Positions 24,720-38,378 are shown, numbered from the stretch's first letter. The stretch: 62,497 nt of DNA from Octopus bimaculoides (GCF_001194135.2 NC_068997.1:8469378-8531874), one strand, 5' to 3'. Made by a program: numbers and translations. The notes: generated from the sequence alone by a model not told the origin.

Positions 24720-25044
24720 CATCATCATCATCATCGTTTAACGTCCGCTTTCCATGCTAGCATGGGTTGGACGATTTGACTGAGGACGGGCAAGCCAGAA
24801 GGCTGCACCAGGCTCCAATCTGATCTGGCAATGTTTCTACAGCTGGATGCCCTTCCTAATGCCAACCACTCCGAGAGTGTAGTGGGTGCTTTTACGTGCC
24901 ACCGGCACGTGGGCCAGTCACAGGGTACTGGCAACGGCCACGCTCAAAAAGGTCTTTTTTACATGCCACCTGCACGGGAGCCAGTCCAGCGGCACAGGCA
25001 ACGACCTCGCTCGAATGATTTTCTAACATGCCACCAGCACCAGC
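24720..25044 (-). mobile_element. RTE 3' UTR insertion with a 14-bp target-site duplication
   Basis: AAACATAAACGTAT occurs at 24706-24719 and 25045-25058, flanking a (GAT)n-tailed copy. Confidence 0.9.
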
Positions 25045-25268
25045 AAACATAAACGTATATATNNNNNNNNNNNNNNNNNNNNNNNNNNNNNNNNNNNNNN
25101 NNNNNNNNNNNNNNNNNNNNNNNNNNNNNNNNNNNNNNNNNNNNNNNNNNNNNNNNNNNNNNNNNNNNNNNNNNNNNNNNNNNNNNNNNNNNNNNNNNNN
25201 NNNNNNNNNNNNNNNNNNNNNNNNNNNNNNNNNNNNNNNNNNNNNNNNNNNNNNNTATATGTATATAT

Positions 25269-25299
<31 letters not shown>

Positions 25300-26014
25300 G
25301 GAAGAAGACTGGATGATGATAATCTATGTGAAATTCTGAACATAGCAGTAGCGGTTGAACATCTATTTGTATACACAATTTCTACTCAATCATTATTTAT
25401 CAATGTTTCACTCATCTAGAAACTACACCATGTTGTTCACAACAAATTTACACAAGCCTTGCTAATGGCAGTTGTATATAATTTCCAAAGAAGCAAAAAG
25501 CAAATATGCAGTGCAGATAACTCCAAATTGCATTAAATTTTTACCTGTATTTTAAGGGAATTATTAAACAGAACCCTTTTTTATTCATTTATTTATTTAT
25601 TTCAATCAATTATTTATTTATTTTTTTCATTAAATTCCTGTTATAAAGACTTTATTGGTTCGACAATTATGAAATGATATATATTCAACTGTAAATAAAC
25701 GAGGGAGAAACAATATCTTGCAACTTGAAACAGCTAATGGATGCACACATTTTGGCAAAATAATTTGCAGCTTTAAGCGTCACTTGCCATGATTCTTTCA
25801 CTAAATACTGAATTGATTTTCCAAACCAAACCAAACTAATGCAAATGCTGACTGCGTTGTCGATAAGACAAAACAATTCCATCAGGCTCCCCTTAATGGT
25901 CCATGAATGTGAGGCTTATAACAAAACAGTTATTGAAATCACATCTGATTGAAATTCTGACACATTTTTCAGCCTTTTACAAACTGATCATAATTGGAGG
26001 GAGGGGAGGGAGAA

Positions 26015-26382
26015 GAAAAAAAATATAATAATAATAATAATAATTATAATTATAATAACAACAACAATAACAAAAAGAACAGCAATATTGATAATAATAA
26101 TATCAATAACAACAACAACAATAATAATGATCTAATAATAATATTTATGATAATAGTGATCAAGATAATAGTAATAATAATCATGACAATAATGATTATG
26201 ATGATGATGATGATGATGATAATAATGATTATAATGATAATGATTCATGATAATAGTAACTCATTAAAAAAATGTATATCAAAAATAAACAATAATAATA
26301 ATAATAACAACAATAATAATATATTAAATGATATATTAAACAAATAAAAAAAAAGTAATTTCAAGAGCTAAAATAACAACAA

Positions 26383-26468
<86 letters not shown>

Positions 26469-26480
26469 TTGAATATTATA
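26015..26480. repeat. (AAT)n/(GAT)n/(CTA)n compound microsatellites
   Basis: Direct reading. Confidence 0.9.
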
Positions 26481-26670
26481 ATAATGATATTAAAAACAGA
26501 AACCCAATAAAAATTATATATATATGTGTATATATATACATATANNNNNNNNNNNNNNNNNNNNNNNNNNNNNNNNNNNNNNNNNNNNNNNNNNNNNNNN
26601 NNNNNNNNNNNNNNNNNNNNNNNNNNNNNNNNNNNNNNNNNNNNNNNNNNNNNNNNNNNNNNNNNNNNNN

Positions 26671-26733
<63 letters not shown>

Positions 26734-27829
26734 TATATATGTGTATATATACATATATATATATATATACACATATATATGTGTGTATATATACACACAT
26801 ATATATATACCAGCAAAGAAACAGAGTAGTAATGTATAATTTTGGAGGATATCTCATTAACGTGTAGGACATATCATATAGTGGCATTTTTAATTTTAAA
26901 ACAAATATAAATTGATGTTTTAAAAAAGCCACTAGTCTTGTTAGCATCTCTCACTTGCTTCGAAATTACATGCATGAACGAAATTCTATGAATATATTCA
27001 ATAATTCCAATTGTGAAAACAGCATTTGCTCTCTGTGTGTGTGCGCGTGCACGTGTGTGTGTGTGTATATGTGTGTGTGTGTATGTCTGCACGTGTGGGT
27101 GTGTGTGCGCGCACATGTGTGTTTGTGTGTTTGTGAATGTGTGTGCTCTATTATTATTATTATTATTATCATGATCATTATTATTATTTTTTATTACCAT
27201 CATCGCTATTTTTATTATTATCATTATAATCATCATCATCATTATCATTCAGAAGCAATTATTAATACTATTATTAATATTACAACTATATATTTCATTT
27301 TTTTTTTCTTTTACAATTTTTAAAATTATGTGTGTGCGTGTATATGTTTCTTTTTTTTTTTTTCTATTTTTGATGAGAATTGTTAAAACAAAAATGGGGA
27401 AAGAAAATTAAAGACTAGTTCACACACACACACAAAAAAAAAAACAATAGAAACTAAAAACCAAAAAAATATTCCAAATGTAATGAAAGAATTTTGTATG
27501 TGGAAATTATTTCCAGTTAAAGTTTGGAAATGAGGTTATGAATATTAGCAATTTGTCATTACCATTCTGTATAATTGTCAGCATCGTAGAATAAATACCC
27601 TGCAAGCTACGACCACACTCGGGCCATAATCTCATCCACTTGTACTGTGAACCGGTATGAGAAAGGCATGCATGCCACTAGTTCCCAATTTCCCTTTTGT
27701 GATGCCTGTAAATGTAATTGTGTCATGTCGGAACTTAGAGAAGAATTTTTCTTTGTTTTGTTTTGTTTTGCTGTTATTACTATTTTTGTTTTTTCCATTT
27801 TAATTCTTATTAATACTCTTGTTGTCGAT

Positions 27830-27990
27830 GTTGTTGTTGTTGTTGTTGATGATGGTGTTGGTGGTAGTGATGATGATGGTGGTGGTGGTGGTGGTGATGA
27901 CAATGACAATGATGATGATGATGATGACGATGATGGTGATGATGAGGAGGACGATGATGATGAAGATGAGGACGATGATGATGATGACAA
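27830..27990. repeat. (GTT)n/(GGT)n/(GAT)n compound microsatellite
   Basis: Direct reading. Confidence 0.9.
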
Positions 27991-28793
27991 CGATATAATG
28001 AACATAGAGACACATGTCTGTGGACATATGTCTATTTGTGATGATTCTGTGAAGCATCTAACTGAGAAGTGACATATAATAACTATGGTAAAAGCTGTAC
28101 CACTAAACGTATGCAAATAAGTTTCTTTCAAATTGCTGCTCACTTGTAGATTATCCTTTTGATGTGAAAAGTCTCAGCGAAAGCACACTGAAATCAAAGC
28201 TGTCATTCATTTTGCAATCATTGGCAGTGGATTCCAGTCATTACTTCTTCTAGAGTGAGGTACATGTTGCACAGGTGTGGGTTGCTTTCATAAAATAACT
28301 GACAGATGTCCTGTTTTATTTGGTTCACTTTATCTTTTCATCAAAGCCTTGTGGCAATGGAGGAATGGTGATAGGTGCAGATTTAACCCTTGGCAGCACA
28401 GTCAGAAATCTACACACAAAGGGGACAGGAAACTTATTCTAACACAGTTGCCATGTTTGCATGAAGAGAAACTGCTTTAGTGGAGTTTCCTGTGTCTGAG
28501 GAACATCCGTGTTTAGGAACGCTCGCCCAGTCACTTGGCGTTTGGAAAGGTATTAGAAAAGGTGCACTAAAAGTTACCTGTCCACTTATGCTGGTTGGTT
28601 TACTGTGATTAATAGGGGTTCACCAAAGGTAGAAAGGAAGAAAGACATAAAACAAGATTTTATTCTAAATTTTAAAAAACTTTTAACATTCACCTTTGGA
28701 ATGTAAGAAACCTTTTAGATATTACTTCCTGTATAAACACACACATACAGATGCAGACATACATAGATTCACATGGAGATGATCTGTTTGTCA

Positions 28794-28859
<66 letters not shown>

Positions 28860-28906
28860 TTGTCTGTCTATTTATCTATCTATATCTATATCTATCTATC
28901 TATCTG

Positions 28907-28943
<37 letters not shown>

Positions 28944-29489
28944 ATATATATATATATTTATTTATTTATATATATTTATATATAGTCAATTTAAATAAAC
29001 AATAAAATTAATGGACAACATGAGGATGTGCATAAAAAATATATTAGTTTGATGCTCCTTGAAAAGAGGGAGGTTGACATTTCGAGTATAGCTCTTCATC
29101 AGAAAAGAGAAAGGGAAATGTCCAAAGAAGGGAAAGAAATTGCCAACAGCATGTGTGTAGTTACATTGTGTGTGTGTGTGTGTGCACGCGTGTGTGCATG
29201 CATGTGTGTTTGTGTGTGCGCGTGTGTGCATGCATGTGTGTGTGTGTGTGTGTGTGTGTGTGATCCAGAAATATATGAAAGACACAAATATAGGTGAAAG
29301 AACAATAAACAGGATGTATTAGTTTAACGGTCAGAAAAAAATGGTCTTTAATGCTTCAAGCATATGCTCTTTGACAGAAGGGAATTAGGAGAGGAAAACA
29401 TGCGTCTGAATTAACAGTTAACAGTTCTTGGATTCTATCATCATCGATCTTACTGTATACTGAAGTTGATTTGTATGTATATCATGCTC

Positions 29490-29690
29490 ATCAACATCAT
29501 CATCATCATCATCGTCATCATCGTTTAATGTCAGTTTTCCATGTTGGCATGGATTGGACAGTTTAACAGAAGCTAGCAAGTGGGAGAGCTGCACCAGACT
29601 CCACTTGTCTGCTTTGGCAAGGTTTCTATGGCTGGATGCCCTTCCTTGTGCCAACCACTTTTACAGGGTGTACTGGGTGGTTTTATGTAC
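29490..29690 (-). mobile_element. RTE-tail family, older copy
   Basis: (CAT)n-TTTAATGTCAGTTTTCCATGTTGGCATGG...GGCTGGATGCCCTTCCT. Confidence 0.8.
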
Positions 29691-30134
29691 ATATGTACTT
29701 GTGTATAGCATGTGTATATATATATATATATATTTTTTTTTTTTTACACCAAAAATTTGGCAAAAGAATATAGTATCTGTTAACAATCTTAGCAAAATAC
29801 TCACAGTCAATTTCATTATTATTATTATTATTATTATAATAAAGTATTTTCAATGGATCAGTTTTGAGCTCTATTTAAAGTTGATATATATATATATATA
29901 TATAAAAGATAATAAGAGTGAAAAACTACAGAAGGCTTGTGTTACATGGTTAAAGTATATATTTAAATTATGTCAGAAAAATGTTAGAAAAATGTTAGAA
30001 AATCTTATATATAGCATGTGTATATATGTACTTGTGTTTAGCATGTGTATGTGTATAGCATGTGTATTTGTGTTTGCATAGCAAAGATAGGTGTATTTCT
30101 GTGTGCGTATATGCATATGTGTATTTATGTGTGC

Positions 30135-30177
<43 letters not shown>

Positions 30178-30739
30178 AAGAAAGAGAGGAAGGGAGGGAG
30201 TCACATGTCAGTATGAACTTTTAATCTCCTCCAGATTGAATCATAGGGTGATAAAGATACAATCTGAAAAAATTTAATACACAACTGACTCACTTGGTTG
30301 TTCAGCCAGACAACAATGTTAACTAACTTCCAATATTTTCTTCAATCACCATATTTACCCCATACTGTGGAATTTCTGATACTGAAAGCATTAGAAATAA
30401 TCAGAGCCAATACAAATGTTTCAACATCCCCTTGTAATTTAATTATCAATTAATCTCATTATCCAGTGATATTCAATGTGTTTTGCTTTGTTTGTTTTTG
30501 CGGGTTTTTTTTTGTTTTTGTTTTTTCTTTTATGTAAATATTTCTATGGTAATACAGTTACTACAGGACCCAGCAAGCAACATATTGATATGAAGTGCCG
30601 GATAAGACCTGTCCACCTGTGAATGCATTGTAAAGCAACAAATTGTGAAATGACGGCAGTAATGAAAATTGTCCTCTATTACAGCCCTGAGCCAACCAAA
30701 GCCTTCCGAGTGAATTTGGCAGACAAAAACTGAAAATAT

Positions 30740-30843
30740 GAAAGGATGAAAAGTAAAGTCAACCTCAGTGGAACTTGAACTCAGAACATAAAGACTGGCA
30801 AAATGCTGCTGAGCATTTTTCCCAGCACACTAATAATTCTGCC

Positions 30844-30845
<2 letters not shown>
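30740..30845 (-). mobile_element. SINE family C, 5' part
   Basis: GAAAGGATGAAAAGTAAAGTCAACCTCAG...GAACTCAGAACATAAAGAC. Confidence 0.75.
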
Positions 30846-30926
<81 letters not shown>

Positions 30927-30930
30927 TAAT

Positions 30931-31314
30931 TAGCAAAATTAGCAAAATGTGGAACCTGAAGACTAAAACAATACCTGTTGTCATAGGTGCCCTGGGAATG
31001 ACAGCGAAACGGGCTGATTACTACCTAGCTCAGGTACCAGGAAACCCCAAAATGGCTGAGGTTCAAAAGATAGTGCTCATGGGAACTGTCCATATCCTAC
31101 GTAAAATACTGTCTATGTGAGATCAAATTTTAAAACAAACACATAATTTTCTTATGGTTTCTTAAACATTCTCTAGTACAACACTATGTACAAATCCAAA
31201 TATATGGTACCCTAGGCATAACATCTACATGAACTTCTAACTTGTTGTCTCTTGAGGTCTCTGGGTGACACTTGGAGCCAACTTGTACAAATGCAAAGCA
31301 AAAGTCAAACATAA

Positions 31315-31316
<2 letters not shown>
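30931..31316 (+). mobile_element. R4/Dong-clade LINE 3' end, copy 1 (uninterrupted 61-aa ORF end plus 3' UTR and (TAA)n tail)
   Basis: 30935-31120 translates to KISKMWNLKTKTIPVVIGALGMTAKRADYYLAQVPGNPKMAEVQKIVLMGTVHILRKILSM*. There is (TAA)n on both sides. Confidence 0.88.
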
Positions 31317-31347
<31 letters not shown>

Positions 31348-31348
31348 T

Positions 31349-31878
31349 ATGGATGCTTGGTACCAACATACACTGGAAAAGGTAATGAGCAAAAAGGGGA
31401 AGGGAAAAATCCTCTTGGTCTTTGATTCCAGACAGACAAGGTATTAGAGCATCAAAGGCCAAATATAGTAACCTTTAGGAGGGACAAATAAGAATGCCTA
31501 ATGATTGACGTAGCAGTGCCAGGAGATGAACATATCATCATGAAAGAAAGAGTAAAGGTTGATAAATATGGAGACCTGAAAATTAAGATCACTAAGATGT
31601 GGCAGCTATGAGAAACAAACATACAGTTTATCCCTGTTGTCATCGGAGCATTGAGTTCAATACCACCCAATCTGAAAAAACATCTGAAAACTGTAGAAAT
31701 ACCCTACAGTCTAGGTGTATTGCAAAAATCGGCATTAATTGGAACTGCACGCATATTGCATAAAGTACTGTCTGTCTGAGGTCCATGTTGTGACTTGACA
31801 AACAAGTACAAACCCCCAGCAGACACAATATCTTCAATCAACAACCTCACGGTATTGTATACAGTGTGATGTCTATAA
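31349..31878 (+). mobile_element. R4/Dong-clade LINE 3' end, copy 2 (different subfamily; restriction-like endonuclease domain with stops and a frameshift)
   Basis: It translates to ..FQTDKVLEHQRPNIV..CLMIDVAVPGD..KERVKVDKYGDL..IPVVIGALSSI..LQKSALIGTARILHKVLSV*, with the PD..D-type RLE motif (PD mutated to PN). Confidence 0.88.
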
Positions 31879-31884
31879 TAATAA

Positions 31885-32105
31885 TACTAATCCTTTCTAT
31901 CATAGGCACAAGGCCTGGAATTTGTGGGGAGGGGGATAGTCGATTATCTCAACCCCAGTACTTGACTGGTACTTAATTTATCGATCCCAAAAAGATGAAA
32001 GGCAAAGTCAACTTCAGCAAAATTTGAACTCAGAACATAGCAACAGGCGAAGTACCACTAAGTATTTCATCCAGTATGCTAATGATTCTGTCAGCTCAAG
32101 CCTTT
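31885..32105 (-). mobile_element. SINE family C, near full length
   Basis: The reverse complement matches 35545-35770. Confidence 0.85.
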
Positions 32106-32379
32106 ATAATAATAATAATAATAGCAATAACAACAACAACAACAACAATAATATTAATAATAATAATAATAATAATAATTATTTAAAAATTAAAATAACT
32201 GCCTAAAAGACAGACTTGATGTATGCCCCAGGGTAACAGAATAACATCAAAAACTTCTATAATTCCTTTATTTGCAAATAATCCAAAAAGAAACTCTTTT
32301 CATTAAATAAATTGTAATAAAATTTAAGCAAAACACTGAGCGATCCAGGCAAAAAAACTTGTCTGTCTGCCTCACAAGC

Positions 32380-32560
32380 AATGATGATGATGATGATGAT
32401 GATGATAACAATGACAAAGAGGAGGAAAATGCTGCTGCTGATACTGATGATGATGACAATGATGATGATGATTGTGGTGGCGGCGTGATGATGGTAGTGT
32501 GGTGGTGGTGGCGGCAGTGGGGGTAGTGACGATGAAAACGACGACAGTGAAGATGACGAC

Positions 32561-32604
<44 letters not shown>

Positions 32605-32850
32605 CAATAACGATGACAAAGAGGAGGAAGATGCTGCTGCTGATACTGATGATGATGATGATTGTGGTGGCGGCGTGATGATGGTAGTGGGGGTGGTGGT
32701 AGTGATGATGAAAACGATGACGGTGAAGATGACGACGACGATGATGATGATGATGATGATGATCCTTTCTGCCTTTAATCACTGAGGGCAATCATTATTA
32801 TTATTATTATTATTATTATGATGATGATGATGATGATGATGATGATAAAT
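32380..32850. repeat. (GAT)n-rich tract containing a duplicated segment of about 110 bp
   Basis: GATAACAATGACAAAGAGGAGGAA...GTGGCGGCGTGATGATGGTAGTG occurs twice (about 32402 and about 32604). Confidence 0.85.
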
Positions 32851-33597
32851 ATAATGATAATGATAATACTCTGTGTTAGAATTCAATTGTGCTAAAGAAA
32901 TGCAGAGTCTCATTTAATAGCAACTTCCGTATTCACTTAATGCTATTCTCTTGGTTTTCATTACTTTAATTAATATTTTCTACATTGCTGACAGTCAAAT
33001 CATTTATAGAGAACATGTGATATTCAGGTGCTAATTAAGAGAGAAAAAGGCCACCCCAAGATACAACTTGTGTGGTTTTCATTTTTTGGTCATTGTTTTT
33101 TGTTGTGTTTTGTTTTGTGTCTTTTCCAAATATATAACATATTAAATTTTTTTTTTAATATTTATTGTTTTAAAATAATAATAATAATAATGATAANNNN
33201 NNNNNNNNNNNNNNNNNNNNNNNNNNNNNNNNNNNNNNNNNNNNNNNNNNNNNNNNNNNNNNNNNNNNNNNNNNNNNNNNNNNNGAGAAATTTCAAGTAT
33301 GTGTTCCATTCACTTCAGTATATGGAGAATTGCAAAAGAGCCTGTCTCAATCAATATTTACATTGGACTTTTAGTTTCTGTAAAGAACTAATGGAGAATA
33401 TTGACATTTTCCCTGCTATAAAACAAAATGGTTTGACGACAACAACACTAGGCAACATTGAACACAAATAATTAAATTTCTTTCTATGAATTATTTTCGA
33501 TGGTATTTCTTGTTCTTGACTAATTGCTTTACATAAAAGTGCTTTACTTCTGAGAGATTTTCTTTTCATCTTCAAGCTGATGTAAATCATCCATCTG

Positions 33598-33648
<51 letters not shown>

Positions 33649-34399
33649 TGACTATTCCTAAAATGTTATTCTTTTTTTTCTATTTTTTTTCTTTAATTTA
33701 AAATTTAAAAAAAAAATTTTTCATATCACTTTCAAGGGGGAAAAAAAAAAAATTTTCATTCTATTTTCCTATCTCAAACATTCAGAGATTCTACATGAAA
33801 ATTTTTTGGTTTCTATTTTTTATTTGTTTTTGTTTTGGTTATCTTTATTATTATTTTAGTTTAAAAAAAAAATTGTGAAGAATTTACACTCATGCCTCCA
33901 GCTCTTCCAAGAAGAATCTGTGTCATATTATCATCATTTTGAATGTGATCTAATGGAGAGAGCACATCTGGAATCTCCTTGCTTGCATAAATCAGCCAAC
34001 CAGCCAGCCAGCCAACCAGCCAACCAGCCAACCAGCTTGCATGGTAACTTCTATGAAGCCATGCAGCCTGGAAAAATTAACTGACAACTTTTTACTCAAC
34101 AAACTCTCAAATGTTTTCAAATTCAATTGTGCTCAGAAAAATGCAATATCTTCTTTAGCAGTAATTTCCATCTTCACTTAATGTCATTTTCTTAATTTTT
34201 CTTCACTTCAATTAATATTTTCTCTTTCACAATTTCGCTGTTGTATTGCTGGCAGTGAAACCATTCACAGACAAACATGTTGTATTTCACAAATGATCAT
34301 AGATTTGGAATAGAAATTGGAATAGCTACCATAAATAGACAGAATGCCAGTTAAGCAATATTCTAAAAGGGTATAATTTAGCAAGCAGGCAGAATCACT

Positions 34400-34570
34400 A
34401 CCATGCCAGACAAAATGCTTAACGGCATTTCAACCGTTTTGACTTTCTAAGTTCAAATGCCACCCAGGTAAACTTGGCTTTTCATCTTTTTGGGGTTGAT
34501 AAAATAAGTACCAGTTGAACATTGGTGGGTGTTGATGTAATTTTGAACTGTGAACCTTACAACCTATCCA
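34400..34570 (+). mobile_element. SINE family C
   Basis: Core CTTTTCATCTTTTTGGGGTTGATAAAATAAGTACCAG. Confidence 0.75.
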
Positions 34571-34834
34571 ATCTAATGGAACTTGTGCTTTCAGTATTCA
34601 GCAAATCATGTTTTACTCCATTTTGGAATTACCTCAGGAGGGAAGGTGTTTATCTTGATAAAAGATGTGATCAAAAAGCAAAGCTCAACAAGACCCGATG
34701 TGCCAATTTCTTCAATGGTACTGTCTTATAAGTGCTCTTGTACACAAGTGAGACATGCAATATTATAAAGAGAGGAAAAACATTGGTTGATTTTGACACA
34801 AAAGGCCATGGAAAAAAAAAAAACCATGCTAGGA

Positions 34835-34955
34835 ATAATCATCATCATCATTATCATCCTCATTTAACGTCTGTTTTCCATGCTGGCATGGGTTGGACAG
34901 TCTGACAGGAGCTGTCCAGGTTCTTTGTCTGCTTTGGCATGGTTTCTATGGCTGG
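34835..34955 (-). mobile_element. RTE-tail fragment
   Basis: (CAT)n-TTTAACGTCTGTTTTCCATGCTGGCATGGGTTGGAC. Confidence 0.8.
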
Positions 34956-34984
34956 ATAATATAACATAATCTTTATCCAGTCAT

Positions 34985-35155
34985 CTTTTATTTTTTACTT
35001 GTTTCAATCATTAGACCATGGCCATGCTAGGGCACCACTTTGAAGAATTCACTTTTAGTCAAATGAATCAATCCCAGTACTTATGTTTTTTTAAAGCCTG
35101 GTTCTTATTCTATTGATCTCTTTTGCTGAACTACTAAGTTACAGGGATGTAAACA
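34985..35155 (-). mobile_element. SINE family B 3' half
   Basis: GGCCATGCTAG...GCTGAACTACTAAGTTACAGGGATGTAAAC. Confidence 0.78.
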
Positions 35156-35544
35156 ATAAAATATAATATATAATATACAATATAACATAATAAAATGGCA
35201 ATAACACAGATATATAAATAAGGAATTAGATTATCAGTTGATGTGTCATGACTTACTTTTTGACATTTCATAAAATTTCATAACAGTACACTTAATTCTA
35301 CATGCCCCAATTCACCTGGTGACATATAAATATTCCTATATATTCTATAGATATTACATGTGATAGACTGGCAACCACTCCACGCAAGCATTTAATTTTA
35401 TTGAGTGTCTGTTGTGCTTGAACTTCTTTATCTTTCTTATATTGAGTTACTGTTATGTATACATATGTGTGTGTGTGTGTGTGTGCGTGTGTGTGGTTCA
35501 AAATTGTACAAAAACAATATATATATATGTGTATGTATGTATAA

Positions 35545-35770
35545 TTACGGCCAATGACAAGCTGGCAGAAACGTTAGCATGCTGGGCGAAATGCTTAGCA
35601 GTATTTTGTCTGTCTTTACGTTCTGAGTTCAAATTCTGCCATGGTCGACTTTGCCTTTCATCCTTTTCGGGAGCAATAAATTAAGTATTAGTTGCGTACT
35701 GAGGTCGATCTAATTGACTGGCCTCTCCCCCAAAATTCTGGGCCTTGTTCCTAGAGTAGAAAAGAATATT
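35545..35770 (+). mobile_element. SINE family C, near full length with ATT tail
   Basis: AGCTGGCAGAAACGTTAGC (A-box-like), GAGTTCAAATTC (B-box-like), core GTCGACTTTGCCTTTCATCC and end GTAGAAAAGAATATTATT. Confidence 0.85.
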
Positions 35771-36529
35771 ATTTTAACAGGTTATCTGTCATCCAATAAG
35801 ATTTGAAAGAAAAACTTATTAATATTAATGTTTGCTTTAAGTTCAGTTATAATAAAAATAATTTTACATTAATCAGATGCGTTACTCTATACTTTTAGAG
35901 TAAAAATTTATTATTCTTATACAGGAAAGTTGTTGATAGTAACTTTAAAGTTTCAGTCAGCTAAACCATCATTGGACGATGGTTTAGCTGGCAGTCTGAC
36001 AATAACACTGTCAACAACATTTTTGTATAAGAATAAAAATATAAACATTTTTATATATATATTTCTTTATATATACTTTATTTTCTTTATATATATTTGC
36101 TATTATTTTTTTCCGTAATCAATGTGGTCGTTAGTGATAGGTTTCCACTGACTCACAACATTTACAATGGCAAGAGTTGATAAGGAAGTATTTGTGTAAT
36201 TCGGGCTGAACAGATATACTGCAGAGCATTTAATTGTTTGTTTTAGCTTTTCTGGAACTTTCAATGATACACACACACATACACACTTTCATATACGCAA
36301 ACATATATATTTGGCAATGCGACACTAGCTTATATTTGTTGCTTTGTTTTTTTTTTAATATTTTGCTATTGATTTCATACATTGGTACAAAGTCATGTCT
36401 TTGATATAGATAAAAATCAATCGATTCCCATCACTGTAGACGTTTCCAAAATATAAATACTTTGCTATGGAGTGTGTGTGCAGGGGGGAGGGGTGCAATA
36501 ATAGGATCCTTGAAATACAATGCCAAGGA

Positions 36530-36685
36530 CTCTGATAGCCATGCCACACTCTTGAAACTGACCAGGACAGAATACTAAGGTGCTAAAGAAAGCATTGAGA
36601 TGGACAATATCTAGAAGATGAAAGCCTGGACATCCAAAGAACACTTAGTGGGGAACAGCTGAAAGTATGCTAAGAGAAATGAATG
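36530..36685 (+). mobile_element. RTE LINE ORF2 C-terminal remnant, second lineage
   Basis: It translates to VLKKALRWTISRR*KPGHPKNT*WGTAESMLREMN, matching AL.W...G.RK.GRPK.TW..T.E..L. Confidence 0.65.
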
Positions 36686-37159
36686 TGTGTATGTGGGTGC
36701 GTGTGTGTGTGTGTGCATGTACGTGTTGTGTGTGTGTATAGATATTTATATATATATATATATAAATAAGATACAAAGGAATAAATGGTCATTTTATGAA
36801 ATTCATTAGCTTGCAGTTGTTTCTGCTACAAGATGCAGTGACCTCATAGCTGAGTACCTGAATAACACCTTATAGCTTCACCAGAGCCTTGAATATGAAG
36901 TGCCTTCGAACCTTGATTAAAAGCAAAAAGGAGGTGTTGAAAATGCTTGTTTTTCTTAACTTGACATTCCATTTTAATGATCTGAAAATAGACAAAAATT
37001 AACTAAAATTAACTAGAAAAGAAAAACAAAATAGAATGTAAAATGATTCAAAAATAGAATTCTCAAAAAGAATAGATTCCAAAATTAAAAAATGCAATAA
37101 ATTCCAAAATTTTAAAAAATGGCAGGAACTTAGTTGCCAACCCAATAGTTGGCATGATC

Positions 37160-37300
37160 AACCCCAGTTTATTATTATTTTTTAAAGACAGGTATTTATT
37201 CTGTTGGTCTCTTTTGCTGAACCACTAAGTTACAGGGACATAAGCACATCAACACCAGTTGTCAAGCAGTGGTGAGGGACAAACACAGACACAAGACACA
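37160..37300 (-). mobile_element. SINE family B 3' half
   Basis: GGTCTCTTTTGCTGAACCACTAAGTTACAGGGACATAA...GTCAAGC. Confidence 0.8.
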
Positions 37301-37839
37301 TTCACATGCACACACACATGCACACACACACATACATACGTAGATATATATGCACAAAATAATGCATGACTAATTTAGAACAATGCTAATGAGTTACACC
37401 AGCCATAATACCAGTCACATTCTTCTGACAAATATGACTTGGCCTTGCCCAATAGATCCACAGGAACCTATGTTATTCTGTATACCTACAGCATTATAGA
37501 CTTTTATTAATTAATGAACGTGGTTATGACATAAACCAAAGGTTCACCTGAAACAGCTGTCAAGATAAGGCTATTACATAGCTCCTTATGTTTATTTTGT
37601 ATTCTTTATTTTATACTCTTGAATTTGTATTGCATATAAATATACTTGTCAAGCCTGCTTTTCTTAATCTGTCTTTTCACTTCCATACCCACTCAACAAT
37701 GTTCATTCCTAAAGCTAACTTTCTACACTAGAAGCACCTACCCTGGAAGAAGGAATTAGAATTTAAGTTCTCCATATATCTGAGCACTATGCTATGAATT
37801 TCTATGTTATGTTTCTTTTATTGTTCCCCAACAACATTG

Positions 37840-38150
37840 TCATCATCATCATCATCATCATTTAACTTCTGTTTTCCATACTAGCACAGGTAAGATTGTT
37901 TGACAGGATTGGCAAGTCAGAAGATTGGATCAAGTTCTGCTGTCTTCTTTGGCCTGGTTTTTATGGCTGGATGCTGCCCTTCCTAACACCAACCACATTA
38001 CAGGGTGTGCTGGGTGTTTGTTTTTTTTATGTGGTGCCAGCAGGAATGAGGTCAGTAAGTAACTTGTGGAACAAGACTCTTTAATTGAGGGATGGATTCG
38101 TGATGAGGGACAGAAAGGGTGTCTTGCACAAGAATAGAAACATGGGGGTG
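37840..38150 (-). mobile_element. RTE-tail family, older and longer copy
   Basis: (CAT)n tail plus GGCTGGATGCTGCCCTTCCT, with UTR similar to 13490-13620. Confidence 0.72.
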
Positions 38151-38320
38151 GGAGAGAGAGAGGGGAGAGGAAAATGCTGAAGATGTGACAGGGAGGGGCA
38201 GGTGCTACACACCCAAGTTACAGGTGATGTATGTAGTGAAGTGGATGGGAGAAGGTAAGTGGGCAGGTGAGTTCAGGAGATTGCGAAGGAGAGTACATAC
38301 ACACACACACATATATATAT

Positions 38321-38369
<49 letters not shown>

Positions 38370-38378
<9 letters not shown>

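Noticed and set aside
27632-27706. Minus-strand peptide ITKGKLGTSGMHAFLIPVH resembles the acyl-CoA oxidase segment ITKGK..GLHAFIVPI.
   Set aside because: It needs a 3-residue insertion, lacks the upstream NHA..AQL motif, hits a stop five codons later with no good donor, and no other ACOX-like exon was seen.
34595-34717. AG...GT-bounded 123-bp segment open in two frames (candidate symmetric exon).
   Set aside because: The donor is weak (GTACTG), the peptide is unrecognisable, the segment abuts a SINE, and there is no partner exon.
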